64,000 bases of DNA from Sphaerodactylus townsendi (lineage: Eukaryota): contig NC_059426.1 of the NCBI RefSeq assembly GCF_021028975.2, positions 66,154,001 to 66,218,000 on the forward strand, read 5' to 3'. How positions within the stretch are numbered: the first letter of the stretch is position 1; each line of letters opens with the position of its first letter. The notes below the pieces were generated by a model, which saw nothing but the letters and a program-made list of their open reading frames with translations, made no database searches and was not told where the DNA came from. The position numbers were made by a program, and so were the translations under genes. Shown here piece by piece: positions 36,837 to 48,200 of this stretch.

Positions 36837-38230
36837 GCAGCAATAAAGGTCTTTTCTACAGCCATAAGCTTGAATTCCCATCGTGCATATTCTATTCCCA
36901 GTCTAGTGACTTTGTACCTTGAATTTATAACAGTGGAAGTAACTTTTCACAAATTGTGTTCTAGCTCTGCTGAGAGCTTTGGGGAAAAATAAAAGGACAG
37001 GATAAGGGTTTTAAAATAAATTGCATACCTACTGTAAGCTTCATTTTAAGAAACTGAACAAACTGCAATCTTTGGACTTTGCCATCATGGTCTGAAAAAA
37101 ATCATTTTTCTCCCATCTTTTTGTGCTTAACATTCAGCCTGATAAACAGTTCCAGGGAATCAAGAGCTGCACTCACTCTTGGTTGCTGCATACATGTATG
37201 TTCATCCCTTGATGGCTTCAGCATGGTTGCTGAACAAGCTTTTCTAGATCAGATATCACTCCCAAATAATCATTTTGATATATATTCTCATACTGAGATG
37301 AATTTGTGTGTTTATCAGTACTTTAAAGTCATATTATTCCAAATGTTTGGAACCTAACAGGAAAAATCCTCCAGCACACTGAAACACCCTTTTGAACATA
37401 TCAGCCAATGTTTCAGTTCAACAGCTAAAAGTGTATACATCCCACCAAAATTCATACCAGAATGATTCAAATATATACATAGCTGCATATAAATTAATTG
37501 GGAAATCCTGCTACATCATAGGTGAGTGGTGAGTGGTAAGCAGGATGTTTATCTGGCCTACTAAGCCAACACTTCATGAGGTCATGTGTCTAGGGATGAC
37601 TCTCTTTATACCAGTAGTGGCATGAGGACTGATGTGCTGATGATTCTACTCTCATCGTTGCACACCAGTGGCAGTGATGGATAGCTGTGCTATTGGGCTG
37701 GGGAACGAACAGCAGAGTCCACTTTGTTCCTATTGTACTAGGGGGTTCTTCTAGCTAGCCCATCAAAACCTAAGGGGGTGGTGAAAATATATGCTAGGGC
37801 AAGGGTCTCTAACCTTGATGAACCTTTGGGGCCCTTTTGACATGTTGAGAAAGATTAATGGATATTACAACAATATGGCTGCTGAAGAGGACAGTAACAA
37901 AAAGTCAGGAAGGTCTAAGCTAAGCAGCTTCCTATTATGGCCGCAGCCATTGCCAAATAGGTGTGCTCCAGGCAGACCTAAAAGTGGTGCCTCCTGAGGT
38001 CTTCTGAAGTGCCCCTTGCTGAAAAACCCACAGTTGGCTGTTTGCTTTAGGGAACAGTGGAAGAAGCAAGTGGGCACAAAGCAAAACACCAGTTCCAGTT
38101 TCTATCTTGGTGAAAGCAGCAGCTACATCTAAAACCAACCCTCATTTGTTGTTAGAAAAGATGGATTAAATATGCACCACTACGTTCACCCATTTAAGTA
38201 CTATGGATATTTGCCATATATGTTTCTGGT

Positions 38231-38236
38231 TTTATT
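38231..38236 (-). terminator. Polyadenylation signal of the olfactomedin-like gene
   Basis: AATAAA on the minus strand ~75 nt after the stop codon. Confidence 0.55.
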
Positions 38237-38309
38237 TATGCATTTTTATACTGCCAGTAAATGAGTTACAGGCAAGCCTGTCCTTACTTCTCTGTTATAT
38301 TACTGCAAG

Positions 38310-39211
38310 TTACCACCTGCCTCGTCTAGATACAGTAAGAGTCTTTTGCCTTTCATTGCTGGGCACACTGCGCTTGGCTTTCGGGGGAGTAAAGCTGAAC
38401 ATTATGTCGTAAGTCACCAGGTAGCCGCTGTTGTACATGTATAACTTTTGATCATTGGGATTGTAGTTCACACTTTGTGCTACATCTGCGAGTTTCTCCA
38501 TGGTAATTTCTAAATTGGTTTCTTTGCTTGTTTCGGTGTTGTACATATAAAATATTAATTCCTTATGTGCACTCACTCGCTTGAGGGCATACAGTATCCC
38601 ACAGATCATGAACGTGTTGGTTACTTCAGGCTTGTTCAAGGAAGTTTCCCAAGTCTTTGTTACCTCCATAGTCTTAGGATCTAATTTCCCAATGATTATC
38701 TTCCCCTTACTTTTCTCTGTGGAATACGTTATCCACAGGCCCTTCTCATCACCAGCAAAATCAAAGTCCTGCCAACCGATACCATTGTAGGAGAACCAGT
38801 TGTTGAAAACAGCAAGGCCCAGTTTCTGGCGTTTAATATGATTGTTTGACAGCTTCTGTTTGCACAGGTTCCTGGAATTGTAGCAGTTGTAATACAAGGT
38901 GCCGTTGTACAAGACCATCCCACTCCCCTGTCCACAGTTGATAAAGTTCCAGGTGAGCCCAATCTGTTGGGAAAGGGTTCTTTCCACTTGATTTTTGTAT
39001 AACAGTAGGTCATTATAAGTGTTGTAAACGCGATAGGTCTCCATTATACGTTCATCAGTGTTGAGTGGAGCAACCCAATATAAGCCTGGATTTTTGTTGT
39101 TCAAAGCAAAGTCCTTGCCCCAACCACCAGATTTGTAACTGAACCCTCGCCAGTTGAGTTTCACTATGAATGGCTTGCTAACATTGAGCAAGATTTTGTC
39201 ATTACAGGTTC
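38310..39211 (-). CDS. Olfactomedin-like exon 5 (OLF domain)
   Basis: tccttgtag|GA ACC TGT AAT GAC...; continuous with the 293-aa ORF. Confidence 0.95.
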
Positions 39212-42200
39212 CTACAAGGAAAAAAGGAAACAGAAAGAGAATGATATACCTGCTGCTTTGATGCTGCTTCTATTGAGCACATAACTCCATTTTCTGTGTC
39301 AAAGATTTGTCATTTTATCTTTCCTTTTAGAAAAGGTTTATATCCTACCAGTCTACATTTGGATCAGCCCATACTTATTTGTTCTCAGTATACCTTTTCT
39401 GCATAACACTACCAAACTTCTTCTCCTTGTATTACATTTCCTTTCTGGAGGTCTTAACTATAGAACTGTGCAGCCATGGAAGTGAAAATAGCACATTTAA
39501 TAGGAACTCCTTCCAGTACTGACAGTATGATAGGGAACTGGTTAGGAACTGGTATGATTGGGAACTGACCCAGTGAAGGAAAAGTAAGAAGAACAGGCCT
39601 AGGATGAAGACAAGGCTTTGATAACCAGAAATGTTTTGTGAGCCTGGTGTCCTTACATCTATACCAGGGGTAGGGAACCTGCGGCTCTCCAGATGTTCAG
39701 GAACTACAATTCCCATCAGCCTCTGTCAGCATGGCCAATTGGCCATGCTGGTAGGGGCTGATGGGAATTGTAGTTCCTGAACATCTGGAGAGCCGCAGGT
39801 TCCCAACCCCTGATCTATACAGTGAGGATATTGTATGTGTTGCTGATGAAGAATTCATGTTAGTGAGTGAAATGCTTTCAACATCAATGGCATGGAATGT
39901 GCATAGAAATCTATGACCATTTATGTATGCACTACTTTCCCTGTGGCTGTTTGTTTCACAGTGTGGTTTCCCACCATTTTTGATTGCACTGGGATTCTTC
40001 TCCTGCAAAATGTCCCTAGCTGAGTGGATCTGCCATTTTGCCCACCTGCCACTTCCCTGTTTTTTTCTGTGCAACCTTCATTCGGGGAGGTTGCCTTCCA
40101 CTTTTCCCCCCTGCCATCTTTGGTCTAACATTACTTAATTGAACCATGTCAATTTCACTGGGTCTATCCTGCAGCAATAGACCTTCATTAAAAAAAACCC
40201 TCTTCTGATTGTTCTGAAATGGTGGCCCAAAGATTGGGAGGAACTTCTGTGTGGGAAGGTGAGGAGTAGCAAGAAAACCTGAAGAAATCCTGACACATAT
40301 GGATTTCCTTTGCTTTTCCTGTGAAGGGAGAGAGATCTGAGAGGGTTGTGAATTCTGAAGGGGGTGGGGACATGTGCATAACTGAGAATCCAACCCTTAA
40401 TGAATGCACTCTCAATGTGAAAGTGACCACAAATGCGTAAATGGCTTATGAAAAATTTCAATTCCAACCCATACCAACAAATCCCTACCACCAATAGCAA
40501 TTGGTGCCAATACTTACCAATCGCAGGTCGTGTGAGACCAGCGGAAGGTAGTCCAAAATTGGGATTTCCAGCAGCTTCTTCACAATCAGCCAGTTGTTTA
40601 CGGATGGAGTCAATTTCCCTTCGTGTTGCCAGCACATTGTTTTCATCAAAAGTTTCCAGCTGCCACACCATGCTGGAGATATTGTTGATCTATAACATAT
40701 GGCACATATATTATAGAGCAACCGCAGCAGATCATAGAAACTTCAGTTTCTAGCTGCCAGAGGTTATTGGGAGTGGAGCTGAGATGCAGATTTAAGCTGT
40801 CACCTTCTGAGAACCAATGTCGCCTTCTTGATTTTCACTTGATTTATGCTCGAGGTAATTCTATGCTAAGTGACAATATACCCCCAGAGATCTTTCTAGT
40901 AGCATGGGAAATGCTATTAACGAGGGGCGGGTGTTTGGTGGGGTGGAGAAATAAAGACTGTTTCAACATGATTACACACTCAAAGGAAGTTGACTCAGAA
41001 TGGGAAAACAGTGGAGGAAAAATGTAGGAAAAACGTTTTTGGAACCCAATGAAGGGAAAACATGTCAAATTAAAAGAAAACATTGCATTTGGAGGCAAGA
41101 TACACTATATACAACTCATGCAGAAAAGGCCTTCCTTAGTTTGCTGATTTTCCTGACAGCTTTTTTCCTTTAACTTTTTGTTAAAAGGCATAAGGCACAT
41201 AGAACTTACGAGAATTGAAAAAGTGATAACCAAGGACAAAAAATCCCCACATGTAATACCTTTTATAAGAACAAATCAAAACATCACAGGGCAGCATGAT
41301 TTTTTTGAGTTTTAATTACTCTTCACCAGGTTGGATGTTACAGAAAGAAAAGTGTGTTTTGCGTCATTTTACAAGAGACTCCAACCACTCTCAAACACAC
41401 ATTTNNNNNNNNNNNNNNNNNNNNNNNNNNNNNNNNNNNNNNNNNNNNNNNNNNNNNNNNNNNNNNNNNNNNNNNNNNNNNNNNNNNNNNNNNNNNNNNN
41501 NNNNNNNNNNNNNNNNNNNNNNNNNNNNNNNNNNNNNNNNNNNNNNNNNNNNNNNNNNNNNNNNNNNNNNNNNNNNNNNNNNNNNNNNNCGCCCCATCCC
41601 CAAAGGAGAACCTGAAAATGAGCAAACTGTTTTGTGTAATTTTGCAAGAGACATTGCCCACAGACAGTTTACATATTTTCAAGTTCTCCAGAATTCTTCA
41701 TCAGCCATGAGAGTATGACTTAAGTCTGATAATTAGTTCCTCAGAACTCAACTCTATTAAACTGTCCAGTGTCTTTTTGGGAAAGAGAACTGTTGTCTTG
41801 GCCACCATTTGGACAGAACATAAAACAGCTTCAGGACTTTGTCTCAGCTTATTACCCGCTTTGAGAAAGCAAAAACACATAAGGTAAAGTTCAGTAAGCT
41901 CAAATCTATCCAAATTCATGTCCCAATACAAAAAGGTTACAATTCAGATTCAGTTCCAATTAATAACAAAATTACAAATCAATAAAATGTCTATTTTTTA
42001 CACTGTTCATTTCAAATGCAAGCTAAATTAAAGTAAAAGTTCATTCTAGACTTCTCATTTTTCTCTGTGTGGAGGGGTAGGGGGTGGGGGGCAGGACAGA
42101 CAGCAGTCACAGTTGTCTGAGGGAGATCAGCATCATTCCTTGGTAACCTGTGTCTATGTGTCATGTAATGCTTAGAGTGCAGAATTAGGCTCAGACTCAC

Positions 42201-45200
42201 TTGGACCAATCACTTTCTCAGCCTAACCTACCTTAGAGGTTTACTGTGATGATAAAATAGAGAGAGGGAGAAACGTGTATGCCTCTTGACGCTCTTAGGA
42301 GGAAGAGTGGAATAAAATGGTAGATAGAGTGATAGAATGCATACAAATCTAGAAGGTACCAGTTAAAACACTGGTAAATCGAGTGTAGGATCGAGAAGAA
42401 ATAGATGAAACTGAATGAATGCTTAAAAACCACCGTCTTTCCAGGAGTATCAGTACAGACAACATGAGTTTGAATGAATGGCAGTTAGCTGCAGATCTAC
42501 AGATCAATCATTCCTAGTGCACAAAGTTAAGAAAAACAGGCCATTTCTGATGGAAACTGTGTGTGTATATAAATGTAGCTTGTATTCTGTAAGTACAAAC
42601 ATATTTCCTGGATGTCAATGGATATTTTCACCTAGTCTGAAGACTTTTGATGTGTGGAGAATCTCCCTCCCTTTACTTCCTGTACTTATTTAGTTTGCCC
42701 TACTTTCCTCTTGGACTCAAGTTCATTACACATCTTTTCCTGGATGGTACCACTTCAAGCATGGAAGTTCCAGTATCCCACCATTACAAGAAAAGAAAAG
42801 AAAAAGCTTTCTTGCATGTAGAAAACTAACAGGCCAGAGAGAAGAACTCTAAGCTGGCCTTCACACTGTCATTTCTTTATTGAAAATTGTATTTTCTTTT
42901 GCCATCAAGTCACAATTGACTTATGGCGACCCCTTGTGGGATTTTACAGGCACCAGACATTCAGAGGTGGTTTGGCATTGCCTGCCTCCGCATCATGACT
43001 CTGGTATTCCTTGGAGGTCTCCCATCCAAATACTACCTAGGACTGACCCTACTTAGCTTCTGAGATCTGAGAAGATCAGGCTAGCTGGGGTATCCAGTAT
43101 TAATTTCATAATAACACTTCCATATAAGGAACAGGCACCCCCATGATGGCCCGTGTAAATGCCTGGTTTAATAAACCACCTTGAGCCGGTTGGGGTTCAA
43201 GTCTGCCCTCCCTAACCCATAAAATGACAAATGCCACCACAAAACAACTTTAAAATTGTCATTTTAACAGAACAGCAGACAAGGAAGGAAGGAAACAAAA
43301 ATGCAAATAATGGGGATGTGAGAATCTAATGCCCAGGAGCCACCTGTGCCTAAACAACTGGATCTGGTGATTGGTACCCAGGACATTAAAGAGGGTAGGA
43401 TTATCCCCAGATTATCCCCAGATTGGCACCCAGGACATTAAAGAGGGTAGGATTATCCCCAAGATTGACTGTGGTGGGTTTTCTGGTCTGTGTGTCTGTG
43501 GTCTGGTGGGTTTTTCTCCTCTAACACATTGGTTTCCAATCTGGGATATGTGTACCCTCAGGGATAAATGGCAGAGAGTTAGAGGGTACGAGGGAGAAAT
43601 TATTTAATGGTNNNNNNNNNNNNNNNNNNNNNNNNNNNNNNNNNNNNNNNNNNNNNNNNNNNNNNNNNNNNNNNNNNNNNNNNNNNNNNNNNNNNNNNNN
43701 NNNNNNNNNNNNNNNNNNNNNNNNNNNNNNNNNNNNNNNNNNNNNNNNNNNNNNNNNNNNNNNNNNNNNNNNNNNNNNNNNNNNNNNNNNNNNNNNNNNN
43801 NNNNNNNNNNNNNNNNNNNNNNNNNNNNNNNNNNNNNNNNNNAAGCCTGTGGTTGCTTTCAGGTTGGGACTTATTGCTGTTTGCGCTTCTCCTCCACCCT
43901 GCCAGTTGCAGGGCAACAATTGCTTGCTGTCTCCCTGGCTTGGCTCTTTCCTGATGCCCGCTGGTCCTGTGAACTGGGGGTGGGTGGGGACCATAATCCC
44001 TGGGGGTGGGTGAAATCTGAATCTGATTTCAGCCCCAAGGCTGCTGAGAAGTCTTGGGACCAGTGTTGAGGGGGACAGGAAGGCTGTCCACATTGCAAAC
44101 ACAAATGTTTCTTTCTTCAACTGTCCCTGCCCCAATCCTAGGATGCTGAGGTGGGCAGCCCGTTGGCCTGTGGAAGCATTTATTCTGGAAAGCCTGGTAG
44201 ACCCTGGAAATTTTGATGGTCTCTAAGGTGGTGCTGGGCTGAGAATTCTGTGCCAGGTGTGAGGGTTTGTTTGTTTGTTTGTTTATTCGTTTTATAGAGG
44301 GCTCTGATGACATGGGAAGTGCCTGGAGATTTGGGGTTGAAACCTGGGAGGGCTAATTTTGGGGAGGAAAAGGGCCTCCACAGGGTACAATGCCATTGGA
44401 GCCACCCTCCCAAGCAGCTATTTTCTCCAAGGGGGGTGATCTATGTCATGTGGAGAATCGTTGTAGTTCTGGGAGCTGTCCAGGCTCCACCTGGAGGCTG
44501 GAAACCATAACTCTCATAGTCAGAGAACTACATTTCCTGGAGCTTCTGGGGGAGAGGGAGATGGTGAAGCCAGCTCTTGCATGTTGTCAGAAGAAAGTGG
44601 CACAGAGGTTCTGAAATGGGCAGTGCCAGGCCTTTTGTGAGGGCATGACTGCCCTCTCCTGGGCCGGTTCAACCTCTTTGCTGAGACCCCAGTTCTGGCT
44701 TCTTGAGTGAGGTTTCTGCCTTCCTGTTTGAAGTAGTCAGAAAAACACAGCCAGATGCTGAAACTGGTGTTGCAATGCAAGGGAGAGAGGAGGGTGTGCA
44801 CCTCAAATCCTCTTCATGTGGCTGCAGGTTCCAGAGGCACATTTAGAAAGGAGATGCCATTGAAGGAGGGAGAGGAGAATTGGGGGTGGCAGGGAGAAAG
44901 AGGGACCAGATGCTGGTGAAGCAAGGAAGGTGGAGCAGACACAAAAAGGGGGAAAGAAGTGGGGATCTGAGAGTGATATTTGGGGGGTTGATGGGGCAGG
45001 TGCCAAAGAAAGAACTGAGAAAGATGAGTGAGTGTCTCCCTCTTGCTGGGAACAAATCTTCTAGACCAGTTGTTACCAACCTGGGATATGTGGAACCCCA
45101 GAGGTATGCGCCAGAGTGTTTGGGGGTGCATGAAAAATTACGTAATGGGTTTGCTAATATGGGAGTACAGTTTTAGGGAACTGGGTTGCCAAGGGGTATG

Positions 45201-48200
45201 AGAGTGAAAAAAAGGTTGGGAACCACTGTCCTAACGTTTTACCCACATCTGTGGCCGGCATCTTCAGTCATGGCAAGATGTGTTTCTCTCCATGGCACAA
45301 TGAATCACATCTGACTATAACATATCTCTGAAGTTGCCAGCCATAGATGCAGGTGAAATGTTAGGAGCAAAAACTACCAGACTATGGCCACAAAGCCTGA
45401 AAAATCCACACCAGCCAGTTGATTCTGGTCATGAAAGCCTTTGACTATCCCCAGTATTAATTCAAGGCCTCCAGTCCCTCATTGGTAGGGGTATGGATGG
45501 AGTAGTCAGGTGCCCATATGAATCATATAGCAACAAGCCAGGTTCATGTACATCATGCCTTAATCATGATTGAATGTAATATTTGAATTCAGGCTTATTT
45601 TCACCTACCTCACCGATCAGCCGATCAATTCCCCCATCGGTTGCATTCAGGATGATACTCAGGTCTTTGCCAATGTTTTCCAACTCTGCAATCGTACCTT
45701 GGACTCTCAGATAGTCTGCATTATCCTTAAAGCCTTTCCCTTCATACTGATTTATTATTTTAGTCAGGTTATCCAGTTTGTTCTGAAATTCTATGATTCT
45801 AAAATGAATTTTTGAAACCTAGAGAAAAATAAGAAACATTTGCAGTGTTCCCTTGTCACAAGACATGACAAAAATCCCTTTCATCAACCGTCCTTTCAGA
45901 ACCATGCACTGAGATTAAGAACCAGAGTGGTCTGTGCATACAAAATAGGGCTTGAATTTTAACACGCTAGGTGTGGATCCAAGTGACAGTTCAGCAGTTC
46001 AACTCCTTGCTAGTTTTCTCTATGTAGGAATCTTCTGTGGGAATTCTCAGGCAGCATCCCCACGGACATTTTTATGTGACTTGGCTTCCACTTTTCTGCC
46101 GTGTGTGTTTGTGGAGTGGGGGGGCGGGAACATCACACAATATTGCTATCTAAAAGTCATGCTTTCAGGTTTTCCTATGTTTTGCTGTGATCTTTTTGTA
46201 AAATGCTGTTGAAGCTATGAATGCTGGGAATTTCACAATGAACCTGCTCAGCTGCCAAACAGCTGCCAGACAAGCTGATCAAAAGAAGACCCACAGCTGA
46301 TTAGGTGACTAGCTGGGAGTCATGCTCTGATCTACCACATTGCCCTTAGAAAAAAGCTACACAGTGAAGATGGAAATCAGAAGGGAGATGAGAAATTGAT
46401 CATTTCTTCTACCTCTCCACACACACCCTACTTGGTGTTCTGAGACTGGAAAGACCATAGAGTGGAACCACAAACTCCTTGGACATTCCAATCACAAAGC
46501 AGTTTATCTGGTTCCTGTGGCTATCTTTCCTCTCTGAGTCCTGTCATTGTTGGAATTTCCAGCCTTGCTTTGCATGCAGCAGCAGCAGCAGCAAGAGCAG
46601 CATGAAATTCTGGGAAGCTGCATGAACATTCTAAAGGTGACAGTTAAATTCCATTGGTAGTGTTCTGTTCCCTCACACACACTCTGAAACTTCCTGACTG
46701 ACTAACTAAGGCTCATTCCGCACATGCAGAATAATGCACTTTCAAACTGCTTTCAGTGCTCTTTGAAGCTGTGCGGAATAGCAAAATCCACTTGCAAACA
46801 GTTGTGAAAGTGGTTTGAAAACGCATTATTTTGCGTGTGCGGAAGGGGCCTAAGAGAAAAGATGTGCTCTGTGCTTTGTATAGTGTTGTAAACCAAATGA
46901 TATAGAAATGTGCTCTGACTAGACTAAAAGATATTCGCAACCAAACCGTAACAAACCATTAGCCCTGCATGTAACTATTATTATGTGTTACTGTGTATAT
47001 AATGTATATATATCTCTCAGGTTGAGTAAAGTTCTGCTTATGTTTTCATGAACTTCTGAGGTAAAAAGGCTGGTCTTTTGACAGATAACTATTCTAATTT
47101 GACGTGCCACACAATCCACATTTCCGGCCGCAACTTTGCTTGACAGGATTATATATACCAAATATACCTGTTGCCCTTCTGTCATTCCCGTCCCAGAGTA
47201 CTGATACTATTCCTAGAGGCTGTCATTCCACTCTGGGGCCTGTGATTCAAATTGTGGAACACTTCTACTACTCCCAGTGACCATCATTCCACTCTGGAAG
47301 TTGTCATTTTGGTCCCAGAACACTTCTGCTACTCCAAGAAGTTCTCATTCTGTTCTGGGAGCTGTCATTCCAGTCCAAGAGCGCTTATGCTACTTGCAGG
47401 GGTTATCATTCCAGACAATCTATCTGGGCCCAGATATATGGGCTCAGAGCAATCTATCTGGGCCCAGAGATCCCCATTATAAATCCATTCTGCATATTCA
47501 TTATGTGCTGTAATGTATTTCAGTGGAAACCATGTAGTAGGAATTCCTGGCTCCCATTATATCCAATTGGCATTCCAGCATCTCCCCCCCTTTCCCCCCT
47601 CAATGGGCAGTCATTCATTTTAATACATCCCTCTTTGTTAAATTGGTTGGTGTGGATTCTCTAGTTTGGCATTTGAAGTTTTAGGCTTGCCACATAACCC
47701 CATGGTTCTGTTGGACTTTTGGGGGGTTCTGTTTACATTCAGTTTGCTTTTTGCCAGTGGTTGGTTCACTTGATCTTGTGTTTTTGGCTATTCTTTTTTT
47801 TTTTGCACTGGAGAAAGTATGCAATTCCCCTCCCCTCATAGGAAATAATGGAGGATGGCTGGGACACCTTATTCAAGGGCCAATAGAAAAACCTGACTTT
47901 CCCACAGTAGTGAACTTGGGGCACATAACCTGTACAGAAATGGTGTTTGCTTCCACCTTTGCTCTGCTTTTAGTTGTTCGTTAAGCAAATTTCATAATAT
48001 GTCTCTTTTGTTTTCTCTTCCACAGGGAACTCAGCCCAAGTAAGTACTGACCCTTTCTTACAGCTCAGAGAAGGTGAGCATGTCACAATGTTGCAAACTC
48101 ATGTAATACACTTTTGCGTGTGTGCGTGTGTGCGTGTGTGTGTGTGTGTTGTGCCATCAAGTCGCTTCTAACTCCTGGCAGCCCTATGAATTAATATCCT

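Noticed and set aside
41296-41718. Long ORFs spanning N runs (also 43521-44135)
   Set aside because: Artefacts of assembly gaps.
42990-43098. 5S rRNA gene
   Set aside because: Partial, diverged and fused to a retroposon tail.
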